Shown: positions 25,424 through 40,165 of the stretch, piece after piece
Layout of the letters: each line of letters starts with the position of its first letter
How positions within the stretch are numbered: position 1 is the first letter of the stretch
Source of the DNA: Rotaria socialis
Taxonomy: Eukaryota
NCBI GenBank assembly: GCA_905331295.1
Contig: CAJNYD010000322.1
Span: 1-64,000 of the forward strand
DNA length: 64,000 nucleotides
Reading direction: 5' to 3'
Program-made: the position numbers and the translations under genes
The notes under the pieces: model-generated
Seen by the model: only the letters and a program-made list of their open reading frames with translations
Told to the model about the DNA's origin: nothing
The model's database searches: none

Positions 25424-28400
25424 TTATTCATTTGGATTGAAATTATTTTTTTGAAGTAAAGGCTGTTGCTCACTATTACTTGTTGCTGTTTCATTTGGAT
25501 TTTGACGACGTACTTCATCAAATAATGTGGATGCTGTCGTTAAATTTGATAATGAAGAAAATGTAAGTGTGTCATCACCATTGTTTTGTGTTGCTGTTAC
25601 CTTTTGAGATGGTGGTGGAGAATTTAATGAGAATATATCTTTCACATGAGTAATAGTTCGCGTTGATGATTCGATCACGCCAAACGTACTTTCATTTGAC
25701 GTAATACCAGATCGAGCGAGAGGAATCAAAAATTTGACGTTTTTTGGTGCCGAAACAATAGATACACCTTCATTAGGAACAGTACATATTTCATCGTTAG
25801 GATTTGTTGCTGAATTCTGTGACATTAAATGATTGAGTGCGGCACCAAGTACACTATTGTCAGTATAAAATTGATATTCATTGAAAGAATCATTTTTAGG
25901 TAAAGTTGAATGTTGATTATTATTGATTGTTGATGAAGGTTGCGATTGGCGCTGAAAATGAAAACGTCTGTAACAAGAAAAAGTTGAATGTAACCTTCAG
26001 TATTTATATGCACAAAACAAAAACTCACCTTTCTTCTTCTCGTTTTGTTTCAATCCAATTATTAAATAATACCCAATCACCAAATCTCATTGAAAGAATC
26101 TTTAGAGAAACAAAAATATGTTAATAAACAAAGATGAAATTATGTTTTCAATGTTTTTATACTTGTTTAAGTTCTTCAAGCTCACATGTTACTAAAACTC
26201 GACCACTTATATTATATTCATTGATATCATGAATATAAGCTGGTATCATTGATGATTTCAAACCAGTAATACCATTTTTTAAACAGTCACATACATCATT
26301 GACTGACATTTCACTCAATGGTGGTGATAAATCTAACTATTATTTCGAATGAAAAATTTTCAACATATAAATACAGTAAGTATTTTATTGTAGAAAGTGT
26401 AAAATTTACTTTGACATTTGAAGACGGATCCGATATTGTTGAAAGTTTCTGATTAATCAATGATTGTGTCATAGTTGGTGATGCAAATGATATTGATGAT
26501 GTTCTACGATGACTATCGTCATCATCGGCATGTTTTTTCATTGACACTTGATTATATAAACGATGTGATAGAAAATCAAATGAAGAACCTTGCTGATTTC
26601 CTATAGAGTAAGAAAACGAAATAGATGAATCGATTTGATAGATTTTCTCTTAATACCAATATAATCTGGACCACTAACACTGAATCTCGGATGAAGTGTA
26701 TTCTTGTGTCGTGATGGATACCCTAAGAAACCACCACGTCCATTTAGACTAGAAAAATAGAAGATGAACAATGTCAACTTCATACAATAATCGAATTCAT
26801 TATAAAAAAAGAAAAATAGGCAAAAAAGAAAACAAACTCTGCCCATACAACATGAGAAATACTCTCAAAATTTTATCACATTACCAATGAGTACAATGAC
26901 CATGTTCAAAATCTCTGTATAGGAAAAAAATTGAATATAATTATCTAGTATTCAATTTTTCTTATTTTTTTCTATTTTGTTTTAACATACTTTGAATCGC
27001 GATGAGAGAAAAATCTCGATGCATCTCCATTAATGAAACCATTTTCATCGGCATTATTCATGAAAAAATAAGCTGCGGAGTCTATTTCAAAAGAACAAAG
27101 TACTTAGTATTCCAGCAAGAACCAAACCATTTACCTCGAATGAGCTTATTTAAATATGGATCAAGATTACATGTACAGAGAAGAAATTGTTTTAAATCAT
27201 TAACATTCAAAACAGGTTCACCATGTTCTATACAATGTTCAAATTTACGTCCATTACGGTCAAGTTCTAAGAGTGGATCATTTGATTTTGGAATGAATGG
27301 TTTAATTCTACAAAATAAATTTTCATTTAAATTAGATCATTCATAAACTACAATTATCCATATATATATGTATATATACTTTTCATATAAAATTTTCAAT
27401 GCAGTATCATCTGAATATTCTTGTTCATGATCTTCATAATAAACAATAATCCATGAAATACGATATGGCCATTGCTCTACTAAATATGACCAACAGCCAA
27501 GTCGTTTCCAACTAAATAATACTTGATTAGCACGAAGTAATCGACCAGTCATAGCAATTATATTAATTAGACGTTGAAGAATTCTTGGATTAATATCAAG
27601 AAAATAATCAGATTGAAGTAACTGGTGCGTTAATTCTGATGTTGTCACCTGACATCGAAAAAGAAAAGTTAGATGAAAGTGAAACGAAGAAAACTAAATA
27701 TATGAATCAGACTTGTTTAGTATTTGATAATGTATCTCGTCGTTGTCGACGTCGCTTATTTTTCGGAAGTTTATTAGTTGGTATTGGTTTTGCGCTTACA
27801 TCTAAGATTGATGCACCATTAGTAAGAGTCTAAAGACAAATTCAATAAGTTATATATGTTGACCAGCAAAACCAAAAAAAATATCAACCAACATTTTGTC
27901 TCTTTTTTGGAAAATCATCAGCATCTTTTTTTAATTGTTTGGTTTTACTTGTATTCAATTGCAAATAGATAGGAAGTTGAATAATCGAACGTAAATATTC
28001 ATGACCATTAACACTCGTATCAAAACATTGGTTTTGAGCTGTTGTTGACGGTACTGCCATTGTTGTTGATAAATCTTGCATCATTTTATGTGGATCGCAA
28101 ACAATCAATGTGATAAATGGATCGTTTTCTTTTGTTAAAAGTACATGTACTTGCTAAAAAAGAACAGTAAGATAAATCATAGTATACAAAAAACAAACGG
28201 ATTCATCTTATCAAACTATTTTATTGACTTACATCAAGTATTTGAAGAATACGTTGCTGTTCACATACGTCTAAACCATCAATAAGAACAACAAGACGAG
28301 TATTAATATTAAGAAATGCTTCAACCGATTTAATGATATATGATAATTGGCTAACCTGAAAATTAAAAATATTTGTTTCTTAGAAAAAAAAGAAGAAAGC

Positions 28401-31400
28401 CATTGAAATTTCATTTACTTCTTTTTTTAAGCGATAAAGTGAATTTTCATTAAGTCGTGACGAATGATCAGAAAATTTCATTATTTTTGATTTTGGTGAT
28501 TTTAATAAGCCCACAAATACTCGTAGACAAGTGGAACAACCAAACAATATCGATAAACTTAATACGCTGACCAGGGAAATATAAGTCACATTGACTGAAT
28601 GATGAATAGATGGAATTTCTATAATAATTTCAAAAATAATATTTTTCTTTAATATTTTTGTCAGAAAATATTACTATATATCAAAGCAAGAATAGCTAAA
28701 GTCAATAGAAGAGCTAATTGTATTGTAATAAACATGAATGCTGGAATGCAACACATATAACGGAATCGATGGCGACTTAAATCTAATTAGAAGATAAGAA
28801 TGCAAATAATATACCACAGAAAACGTTTTTTCACGGCATACCTTTGGAATGAAGTGCACGACATAGACGTGTTGCTACAAGACCAAATGTTTCTTCAACA
28901 TTGGTTCCTAGTTCAGCAATCATTCCAGCACTCGCTTTTTCACCTTCAACTGTCGAAACTTTTCCATATTCAGTAAAAATAAATCTACAAAAGAAATGTT
29001 TTTTAAATAAAAATAAAAATAAAAATAAAATTCTCGTCGACTATTCAGCTTACTTCATCTTTTGATAATCAAATGTATCGCTCTTTTTTGAACGACGATG
29101 AACATACGGATTCATAAAAAGAACTTGAAGTAGAAATCGTAAGATTTCTAAGCGTTTCTTTATAAATTGTGCTATATTAGCAGTCCATGCATAATCTTTA
29201 TGACGAAGAAGATATCGAATGAAAAAGAGAAATGTTAAACAAATAATAATCAAAGCAACACCACATGATATGCCAACAATATAATGTATTGAGAAACCAA
29301 TAATAAGACCGATAATTAATGCTGCAATAACAATAACTGATAGAAGTAAGGGTGAAAAATCAATCGTTGGAAAATCTGAAAAATAGAATAGAAGAAATGA
29401 GAAGAAAAAATGATTTTCCCAAATATACCTGTTAATTGTGCGAAACTATGCATTTCGTCTAGAAAAGAAAAATCTAAGATGGGAACACAATGTAAAATGA
29501 AGAAAGATACCTTTTAGATGAGTTAATAATGCTGATTTTCCACTACCCCATTTTGCATAAAGACCCTAGATGATTGATAGAAAAAGATCGAAAGATTTTT
29601 AAAATTATAAAATTTCTCACCACAGTAATTGGTGTTCGAAGTGATGGTTCACTCAATATTTCGGCTAATGCTGACGAATATAAATCATAACCCAGAATAG
29701 AATCATCATTTAAGTTTAATGTTCCTATTTGTGAGCAAAGAAACAAACAAGAAGAAATCATACGTTTTCTATATGTGAAAGATAGAAATGCATACGTTGT
29801 CCAAAAATAGTTGTTAAAATACTTTTTTGTAGATTAGCATCAATTTTGTATGGTGTTTCACCACGCTTGTTAGGACGATATAAATATTTTGAATGGCGTG
29901 GATTTGAAAGTAAAATATCAGCAATATCTCGACTGCGATTACGTAGAGCAATATGTAAACTATTATCTCCATACTAAACAAAAATTAATTTATTAAATTT
30001 GAAAAATATCTTCCAGAGAGAGAGAAAGAGAGAGAGAAATTCTACCCTATCAGTTGATGATAGCCTAGCCCCATATTTGATGAGTTCATAAATAATAGCA
30101 ACACGTTTTCGTTTCGTAGCTAATAAGAGTGGTGTATCATCATCTTCACCGCCTGGTACTTCAACGTCGGGACTAAATTGAAGTAAACATTTAACGACAT
30201 CAAGTCGACCTCGTTCAACTGCCCACCAAATCGCTGTTTTATTTTCCTATTTTATTTTTTAAATAGATTAAAATAATCAGCTGCTAAAAGAGAAAACATT
30301 GTATTTAAATCAACTTACAGCACCAACAGCATTTATATCAGCATGATTTTCGAGTAGAATAGCGACAGAATCTTCTTTTCCACCTTTGACAGCAAAAAAA
30401 AGAACTGGATCACCATTCTAAATCGATAATAGTAAGTCAATTGTTAAAAAATGAAAAGAAAGATCTTAAATATATATATATCATACTTTATCAACTGTAT
30501 TAACATAAGCATGATGTCGAACAAGTTCAGCAACAACATCAGTTAGACCTTGTGCACATGCATGACTCAATGGTGTTTGCCCATCCTATTGAAATATATC
30601 TATGGAATTAGTTTTCTCAAAACCAAACTTACAGTAAAATCTCACCTTATCTTGTACTTTAATGTCAATAGATGTATTTTGAAGTAGACAAAGAGCTGTT
30701 TCTCCATGACCTCCTCTTGTCGCAGCCAGAAGAGCTGTCATATTTTTCATTCCGATGTTATTAACAGTAGCATTATATTGTAATAATAGATCAACTACTT
30801 GTGTATGACCTGATAGAAAAGAAAGTTTCAAATATTATTCTATGAAATTACTTATCGAAACGTACCACGTCGACTAGCCCAAATTAATGGTGTTGTATCA
30901 TTCTTATCGCATAGATTAGGTGAAGCACCAGCTTTGAGTAATAATTCTACAATTTCAACATGATTTCGTCCTGAAGCCCAACTTAAACTGGATATGCCAT
31001 GTTCATCGATGGCATCTACATTCGCCTCACAACTTAATAAATAGTCAACAACTCTTGTATGCCCTTCATAGGATGCCCACATCAAAGCAGTAAATTGCCC
31101 CTATTTGAGAAAAATTTAAATCAATATTTCTTTCTATGTTTCAATTATTTGCAACTTACACAATCGCAATGTTCAATTTTTGCACCATATTCAACGAGTG
31201 TACGAACATCATCTAAATTTCCATTTTGTGCTGCATTTAATAATGCCGTCCAATTATCCTGAATAGGAAATCATTATTTTGAAGTAATAATTAAAATAAT
31301 TTCTTCTAACATAAAAATAGTCGTTCTTCAATCAGATACGTTAAAGCATGTTTTATTATAATATTTGTGATGAAAGAATAGAGTTAAAATTTTGTTCATA

Positions 31401-31752
31401 TATTACCCATGTTTGTCAAAAAGTATACATTTTAGTTCAATCCTCTTTTTCATAACAAACAGATTAGACTGAGAATTTGTTTTTTCTTACCACATCCTCT
31501 GCGTTTACGTCAGCCTTAGCTTCAAGAAGAAGTTTTATGCATTCTGAATGATTGCATCGAGCAGTTAAGATAAGAGCTGTTTGTTGATCCTAAATGAATC
31601 GAACAGAAAATTAAATTGAATTATTTTTCCTCCTAGATAAATCCTACTTCATCACGCGTTTCTAAATCAATTCCATTTTCTATATTTCTTTTAACGGCAT
31701 CAAAATCTCCATTTTCAGCATCAAGTAAAAATTGACGAAAAACATTGGCCAT
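25424..31752 (-). CDS. KIDINS220: Kidins220/ARMS: ankyrin repeats, KAP-family P-loop NTPase with transmembrane segments, and SAM-like domain
   Basis: About 11 ankyrin repeats (e.g. [30 protein letters not shown]), then [31 protein letters not shown], Walker [12 protein letters not shown], Walker [42 protein letters not shown], and [12 protein letters not shown]. Confidence 0.93.
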
Positions 31753-31872
31753 TCAGATCTATCTGAATCGAAAGAAAATATATATTTTACTGTAGATGTT
31801 TGTCAGAAATGTCCAAGTATCAGCGATTTTTTTATTGTACATGAAATTAGAAAAAAATCTCTCCTATCTATT

Positions 31873-33586
31873 TTATAATTGTTCTTGTGCATGTCGTGTT
31901 GTAATGCCAGCCATGTTAAGAATAGCTTCTTCTTCTTCATATGTTCTTTTGACCTACGAAAAAGATTTAAATACGACAAAAACTCATGTCAAAAATATGA
32001 TTTGCTTTTACTTTGCGAGCTTTTTCAACTTGTTTTGTTTCCCATTGACGCATACTATTCTGTTCGTCAGCACTGTCTCTACCGCCAACACCCCATACAT
32101 CAATGGCAGCTAAACGGCCTTCACCATTTAAATGTTTTACATTGAAAAAGTCACCATCAATATTCAGAAATGTATGTGCAAGATCACGACCAATAAATAA
32201 ACCAAGTGTTGATACACCACGTAGTTTTGTATTCATAAAAATAATATTTGGACCCTCTAAAATGAAAGTCAAAATAGAATAGTAAATCATTTAACATATG
32301 AGCAAAAATGTTAATTGTTACCCAGAACAGTTTTAAACACAGGTTTCAATTGAAATAAACACGCTTGGATACCACCAAAATGTTTAGGTGATTCTCTATG
32401 TAAAATAGTCAAGAGTATTTCAAGAATATGTTCTTTTTCTTAATTTTCTACTTGAATTCTTCGTCACAGCATAAACAAAATAAGTAACCATCTGATACTT
32501 CGAATAAAATGATAATTGGTGCTTTGTAGCCAAAAATATGATGTTGAAATCTACAGTAGAATGATTGAAAATTAATTAAATATTGGTTATATCATCATTA
32601 CTATACCTATTTAAACTTGATCCATCACGATGGCTATCATATAGATGATTCCACATTCGACCATGCTTTTATTTTAAAAATTGAAAAAAGTGAAGAGAAA
32701 AATACAAAAATAAAATTACCAAGACTGAAGACATTCGATCCAATAAAGTTGTACAAGAATTATCCGCTGATAAATACGAAATAGGAATATTATGAGTAAA
32801 TAGCCATACCCAAGTTGGACTAAGAATATTATTCATTTTCATCAATGAGCAATTCTATTGACAAAATGAAACTTAAAATTGTCAACTTATAATAAAATAA
32901 TATACCGATGCGGATGCTTCTTGAGATGTCTTCTTACTGGTAGATGATGTTGAATTTGTACGAAACCACGTTTCAAAACCATAAAATAGTGTTGGAAATT
33001 GTGCACGTACCCATTGATAAAATTGTTCTTGTTCAATTTCAGATGATTTAGAGGTTCCGATACTGTTCGTCAATGCCGAAAAACATTCATTATCAAGCAT
33101 AGTGGGTTGAAGTAAATTGACATTTTCTTTTAAAGCTTGTTTTAAATCGAACTGACAACAATCATAAAAAAGTTTAGTTAATTCTAAATTTAAAATAAAT
33201 AAGGAATTGCATAATTGTTTCATATGAAATCAATGATTTTACCATTTCGTGAAATACTAGTTCGATCGTTCCAAATAAGTTTGATTAAAAGCATTGAAAA
33301 TTCTTCTGATTTCATTGCAGATGAAAGACTATCAATAATTTCATGATCAGATGATACATTATTTTTTTGTCGAATTATACTCAGAGGAAATTGATCATCG
33401 TTACATAACTAAAAGCATTAGAAACATTTATTAGTCGATAAGGTCAAATTCATTGTTTAGGCTCTAATATCTTACAAGAGATAATAATCGAAGAATTTCC
33501 TCATATATATGAGGATTTTTGTTTGAAGTCTGTTCAATTTGACTAGCGTTTGAGGGTCTACTACTACTTTGTAATGTATTTCCCAT
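31873..33586 (-). CDS. Myristoylated TLDc-domain protein (MEAK7/TLDC1- or Rtc5-like)
   Basis: Starts MGNTLQS (N-myristoylation-type). TLDc motifs WNHLYDSHRDGSSLNRFQHHIFGYKAP, FGG..ACLFQLKP and AAIDVWGVGG. C-terminus EEEAILNMAGI...QL*. Confidence 0.85.
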
Positions 33587-33853
33587 TATAAACTCAAGTA
33601 TCAACAAATTTATAGATAACAATAAAAAGAAACAAAAAAAGATCGATAGAATTTCAAGACAAGTTAAATCTCCAATAAACACATTTGATATTCCAGTCTG
33701 AAGAGAATGACAACTCACATTTCACTTTTTTCAAGGACTCGAGTATATGTTGGCTGTTTACAATGTACTACCCAGAAACAGCGAATCTGATAGGGGGCGC
33801 CACGTGGCACTGTCATTAGATTCAAATGTATATCCCAAGACAATCATTCCGAC

Positions 33854-34428
33854 CAGCGGCGTAACCAGGATTTTTAGACCATTGAGCAAACTTCTATGAA
33901 GTCGAAAAAAAAACCATAGGTAAAATTGGCAACATTTTTATTGATAGGCTAAAATTTTTTAACCCAACAAAGTATTGATAGCGTAGAAAAAACACAGAAA
34001 GAAAGAAAATGATATTCATTTAACTACACAAAAAAATATGATATTCTTTTAACCTAATATATATATATGAAAAGAATCTCAGCTTTTAAGCTTGTCTCAC
34101 ACTTGTTGAGCTAGACATATTTAATCCTATCTTCAGTTTCTATTTATAACATTTGGCTTCGAAATTCAAACACCAAAATCAAGATGACGATTATATATTT
34201 TTACATATAATTTCAATGTTTCGAAGAAAAGTGATAGCTTAATAACGTATTGCCACTGGCAGATCTACCATTACAGTCAACCGGCGAGGACCACCTCTTT
34301 TACGAAATTTTTTCGATTTTTCCCAGCAGAAATGACACAGAAAAAAGTCGTACTGCCTCAAATAGGCTTCAAAAACCACTTTTTGATCAGGAGTGCCATC
34401 CCTTACTGATTTTCTGGATACGCCACTG
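33854..34428. mobile_element. Non-autonomous DNA transposon with CAG(T/C)GGCGTA-type short TIRs (hAT-like)
   Basis: Left cagcggcgtaaccagga versus reverse complement of the right end cagtggcgtatccagaa. No intact TSD is visible and there is no transposase ORF. Confidence 0.6.
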
Positions 34429-35302
34429 TGCATTGGGTCGTTTTCCAGTTCGCATGGCTTAGTATTAACTTTTTAAAATAGGACAAAAGAGAACACCAAA
34501 ATTGCAAGTGTAAGTGCGCAATTTTATACGTATAAGCATATTTGTGTTTTTTCTTTAGACTTATGTGATGACACATGATAGTGTGTACACTCGTTCCATT
34601 AAGTATGAGATCATGCTACCGAAAGCATATCACAATGAACTATCTACACATGTTTGCATGTATCATCCATATGATCGAAATTGTATCGTGTGAAACTATC
34701 GAAGTCATCAGAAATCCTAATATACCATCGTTGAGGATTGTCGTAGTGGTTGGTTTAGGAAAATGACAAAAAAAGAAACATAAAGCTGTTTTATACATAA
34801 GTTCTCAAAGTTCCAGTTTATTCTTTCAAATGGCCCTACCATCAGGCTACTCTATTAAAGTCATTCGTTTAACGTATCTAACCTTTGATATCATGCTTGC
34901 TGACAACAGCATATGACCATCAATTCAAAATTAGACATTTTCAATAAATTTAAGAAGACTATCAGTTTGATCGTAGCTCATGTATACATCGATCCGCTAT
35001 AAGAAAAGATATCTAACTTACTGATGCAACCAGCTGAGTAACACTGATCATAATTTATGCTCAATATCTGATAAATCAATACTTGTTATCGATGTAGTTG
35101 TTTACACAATATTGTATTATAGTTAATTGTAGCAATAGAGTTGGTATTTTATACTCAACGAAATTTCTTTATTAGACCATCAGTTCTATTTAATAATACA
35201 CAAATAGCAGCTACACAAAAAATAATTGCTTTAAAAAATCGACTAGATTTTTGTTTTCGAAAATATGTTTAAACACAGCAACGGTTATTTGAATTGAATT
35301 TG

Positions 35303-38300
35303 TTATTTACATCGAAAAGGATTATTGCTATGATTTGCTAAGAGAATAGAAGATTTAACATAGGCTTTAAACTTTTCACAAGAAAATAACTCACTTTTGA
35401 CTATTTTTGGTGAAGATGTTTCTAAATCACTTGATGATAAATCTTTTCTTTTGTTGCTTATTATGTTTTCATTGTCTTGTTGTGTTTCAAGAGTCGAGGT
35501 CGAGAAACTAGATTTTTGGCCAACTTCAATATATTCTTGACGAAATTGTGCACTGATATGTCGAGCCATATCTGAAATAACTCGTAAACATTCTACGTAT
35601 TTAATCCTATGAATTGAATCGTTTTAGAATTACCTATAAAAAGTGTATAATGATTTTTTGCCAGATTTTCAACTAATAGCGTTTGTAATTTCAAAAATAT
35701 TGTTCGATCTGTTTTATGAATTTTATGATCTTGTAACATATGTGTAAAACGTGCATAGTTGCCATGTGGCATAGCTGCTTTTAACTATAATGAAACAAAA
35801 TTTTCATTCAAAAACAAGTCAGTTATTCAATTACTTGAGATAATAGTTCTCTATATTCAGAAGCTTTTGCGTTTGATACAGCTACGGTCGGATTATTCGT
35901 ATTACTGTTAGTAGGAAGTGTTGAAGTCTCTTCGAACTAAATTAAATGTAGAGTAGCTAGTTTCGTACATTAAAATAAATGTCTTCATACTGTTCCCATC
36001 ATTGGTAGAAATCTCTTAGACAACGAATCCGTTCGTACAACTTCACGTCGTTTCAATTCGAGCATGGCATCAAAATCACGTTGTTTCTACATGGAAGCAA
36101 TTTGAAATAATTTTATTTTGTACAAAAAGCGAACACTTACATCGTCTTTGTCTACACTCTGTAGAGACATTGCAATTCCATTCTGAATAAACATATTTGA
36201 AAAAGTCAATAGCTTATTAGAAGCTAAAAGAAGTTTACTTGTCGTGTTGACGATATAGCATCAAATAAAGATTGATGAACAACATTAGTTTCATTTCGAA
36301 GATTATTTGATGAAATTTGTTCCGTCATTTTTACAGAATATCCATCTGAAAAGAAGTAAATATATTCTTATTTTAGCAAATCACAACATAACAGCGCAAT
36401 AGAAACCGCTTACTAGATTGTTTTAATGTTGTTTGAAGAATATCTTCAGATGATGATATTGTTTGACTGATAGATTTCGATGTAACATGTGTAATCATTG
36501 TCGTTGAATGCGTAACAGATGGACAAAATGCTTGTTGAATAGGATGAGCTGTTTGTGGACCTATTGTATTAGTTGGTGAATACTAAATTAAAGAACGAAC
36601 CAAAAAATGGTACAACAATTATATTTGAAAAATATTAATAAGACAACTTGAGCAAAAAAGTCTTTGAGTCCTTTCATCATGCCAGTAAAATCAACTTTAT
36701 GTATAAATGGATGAATCCATTTTGATAATTTATCTGTATTGTCTCCAAATCTATATAAAAAAGAAAACGATAATTTGTTCTTAAATTTCTCATCTTTTTT
36801 CTACCGTTGATCAAAAAAAAGCACAGCACCATAATCACGTCGATGTCTAATCACACGACCTACACATTGATTGATAGCTCGAAAAGCTTGTTGATTATAC
36901 CAGACATCACCTGCTTTTAAATCTTTCTTTTAAAATAGAATAAAGAAGCGAGGTTTATTTCATCTAAATATCTATCAAAATCTGTCTTAAAAAATATACA
37001 TTATTACGATTTATTTCATCTAGATAATGTCGTTTAGCAATAACTCGTCTATCTTGATGAGGTGCAAATGGTATACCAATAAGAATTACAGCTCGGCAAG
37101 ATTTATCACTGAAATCAATGCCTTCACTTAATTTTCCACGAGCAACAGCAAATAACATGGCACCACGTGGATCATTTTCAATGATTGTATTATATTCTTT
37201 CATTTGACTTTCAAATTTAATCTTATTTCGTTGTTCAATAATTACTCTTTTACGTTGATTCATTGTTTCAAATGTAGCATTATTCTATTGTGATTTATTC
37301 AAAATTCAAAATCTATTATCAAATTTGTTTCTATATTAAAACAAGCAAACCTTCCATGTTTGAACGACTTCTTCAATCATTTTATAACAAGGAAAAAAGA
37401 CAAGAACACCACCTGGAATATTTTTAATTACATTATGTAGTGTTTGACCTAGAGAATCAATTGTTCATTTGAATTGTCTAATAAGATATCAATTGTTTTC
37501 TTTTACCCAATGCTTCTTGATACTCTGGATTTTGTCTAAACAAACCAATAGATTTGTATTGTATTAAGAAAATATGTAAACATTTCTTGTGATTTACCTT
37601 GTTCTATAGACAGACGTAAGAGTATGTTTATTACCAGCTGCTCGAGGTAGAATAGCGGCAAACAATTGATTCTGTTCTATAATATGATCATTTTGAATGA
37701 CAATATCGAATGGTCTAAAATTTGTCACGGATTAAAAAATTTTATTTTTGAATTCATCGAGCAATAATAATAATAATAATTAATCTTACATTGCTAATTG
37801 TGTTTGAAATGAATCTATTGGTGAAAGTGTACCACTAGTTAAAAGAATAGATCGAGTATTTTGCATACATAATTGTCGCATGGCAAAGCCTGGTGATAAA
37901 CACCAATAATGAAGTTTTTTAGGTCCTAACCAATACAGAAAAAAAGATTATTTTTAGTAATTGTATGATGTTTCACCTAGGGGGAAACAGCAGACTTTTG
38001 GACTTCAAGTTACTTTCAGCTACTTCAAGTAGTTTACTTTGAAGTACTTGAGAGTACTTCAAGCTACTTCAGCTACTTGGTCCTACTTTGAACTACTTCA
38101 ATCAGTCTACTTTGACGTTCTCTTCTACTTCAAGTCTGCCATTTCCCCCTAGTGTTTCACTCACGTTTTGAAGTAGCAATCGACGGTCTTTGTTCACTAT
38201 TATTGCTCTCTTCTTCAATATATACCTAAATAAATGATCGAAGTTATCAGTGAATATGAATTTGATTGAACTGATCACATACTTTGAAAACAGATTTTCT

Positions 38301-40165
38301 TTGAGCATCCATATCAAATGTAAAACATGGTTGACCATTTTCATCTAATGGATTTACAGTCTATAATATAGAGAAATACATTTGGTTTAAAAAAACAAAT
38401 GTTAAAAACAAATGTTACTTCAATAAATTCAGCTACTTTTAAAAGTGCATGACCCTTAGAACGAAACAGTGAACCCGCTAATAAAAATCAAAAATAGAAA
38501 TATAACTATATAAATAATTTTGTTCTCACATCTAGCAGTCATAAATTGATTAATCTCTTGAAGTTGTTGTAAATCTCCTTGTGGATTAAAATCTATTTCA
38601 GCACTTTGAAGCCATTTAAATGCAACACTAAAATAAAGAAATAGAATTTACATTATTGTATTTCGATGAAACATACTCGCCAGGTGATGGAATATTCCCT
38701 TTGGTAATCTTCATATTATCTAATAATTCTTCTAGTTTCATGATTCTCACTTGATAAAAATAGAATTATAATCGATTCATTTTTATACGATGATAAAAAT
38801 TGACTTACATTTCAAACTACAGATTTGATCTTGTGTAATAGTTAAAGCTAAAATAATCTTCAATATTATAGGCAAATAATTACAACGCCAAGGAAATTAT
38901 TTACCATTTGTATCGATATTATTTTCTTCGTTGTCATCCGTTGATATTATCGAAGACGGTGTTAATGATTGTGATTCAATCATCCATTTCATAACTTTTG
39001 TAATATCATCAAGACAAGCAGCGATATCCAATGAACTAATCGTCACTGAAGCTGCATCTTCACATTGTTGTTCAATATTATGTGCTTCATCAAAAATAAC
39101 CACACATTTACGTACATTAATCTTATGAATTCGACGAGCCTTTAAACAAAAAAGAACTAATAGCTATCTTTTGAGATTTTGCGTAGTTTTAAGTTACTTT
39201 AGAATCAAGTAAATAATTATAAGGCATAAATATAATATCAGCCTTTTCTTTTAGTTCTCTTGCTGCAAAATAAGGACAAAATCTTTGAATATAATCAAGA
39301 TATTAGTATGAACAAGTCGTAATTAGTTTTTTTTCATACTTTTTTTGTGTTCCTACTTTGACCAAGTCTTCAATATCCATGGGTGGTAATTTGGTAATAT
39401 CAGGTTTGGACACTACAATTGAATAAAAATCATCGTATTAATTGTACTAAAGTATATTGTCAAAAATACTTTACTTTCAAAATTTCTATGAAATAAGCAT
39501 GTCTTATGACGAACTTTTTCTCGGCAAACTGATATTTTATCGGCACTATTTTCGAGAGATTTTACTTCTGGATGAATACATAATTGATCACGCGAACCCA
39601 AAACGGTTATTTTCATACGACTAAGATAAAGACAAAGTGAAAATGATTAGAATTAATAAAATCTAATGCTCAAACTTATAATCAGTCGATTTAAATTCTT
39701 TAACAACTTGTGCTAATTGAGAATGAGTACGTGAAGCATATATAATTTGAACTGGTGCTTCTAAACATCATTGAACGTATCAACATATGAATAGATTTAT
39801 CTAAAAATTTTACCATTTGAATCTGAATTATGTATTTTATATTGTTCAAGCCAAGCAAGAGTAGCACACAACAGAGAAAGAGTTTTGCCAGTACCTTTTA
39901 TCATAAATAAATTTAATTATCAGTAATAGGAACAAAAACAAAAGATATTAATCATTATCCACCTGTTGGACTCTCGAGTATGCCATTTTGACCCTTCAAA
40001 ATGTATAATAATATTTTAATTAATAATCAATTTCAAAACAGAAGAGAAAGAAAACTATCAAACTTTAATTAAACATTCAACAACGGCTTTCATATAGTCA
40101 AGTTGACATTGATATGCTTCGAAAGGAAATAGAACAGTTAACCCATCAATCAAATATGAATGCAT
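35303..40165 (-). CDS. RTEL1: Regulator of telomere elongation helicase 1 (Fe-S DEAH helicase)
   Basis: [132 protein letters not shown], and [19 protein letters not shown]. Ends with a harmonin-homology-like region. Confidence 0.93.
37977..38152. mobile_element. 176-bp MITE in an RTEL1 intron with an 8-bp TSD
   Basis: TIRs CTAGGGGGAAACAGCAGACTT and (reverse complement) CTAGGGGGAAATGGCAGACTT. Perfect TGTTTCAC duplication at 37969-37976 and 38153-38160. The interior is made of tacttcaag-like subrepeats. Confidence 0.92.

Noticed and set aside
25424..31752. KAP NTPase domain as a possible recent bacterial horizontal transfer
   Set aside because: The architecture is that of the pan-animal Kidins220, with many spliceosomal introns.
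37995..38135. Short repeated tacttcaag units resembling a CRISPR or tandem array
   Set aside because: The units are irregular ~9-11-nt subrepeats without unique spacers, enclosed by TIRs and a TSD in a eukaryotic intron, so they are the MITE interior.
38102..38344. 80-aa ORF overlapping RTEL1
   Set aside because: It is a composite of RTEL1 exon and intron sequence reading into the MITE, not a separate gene.
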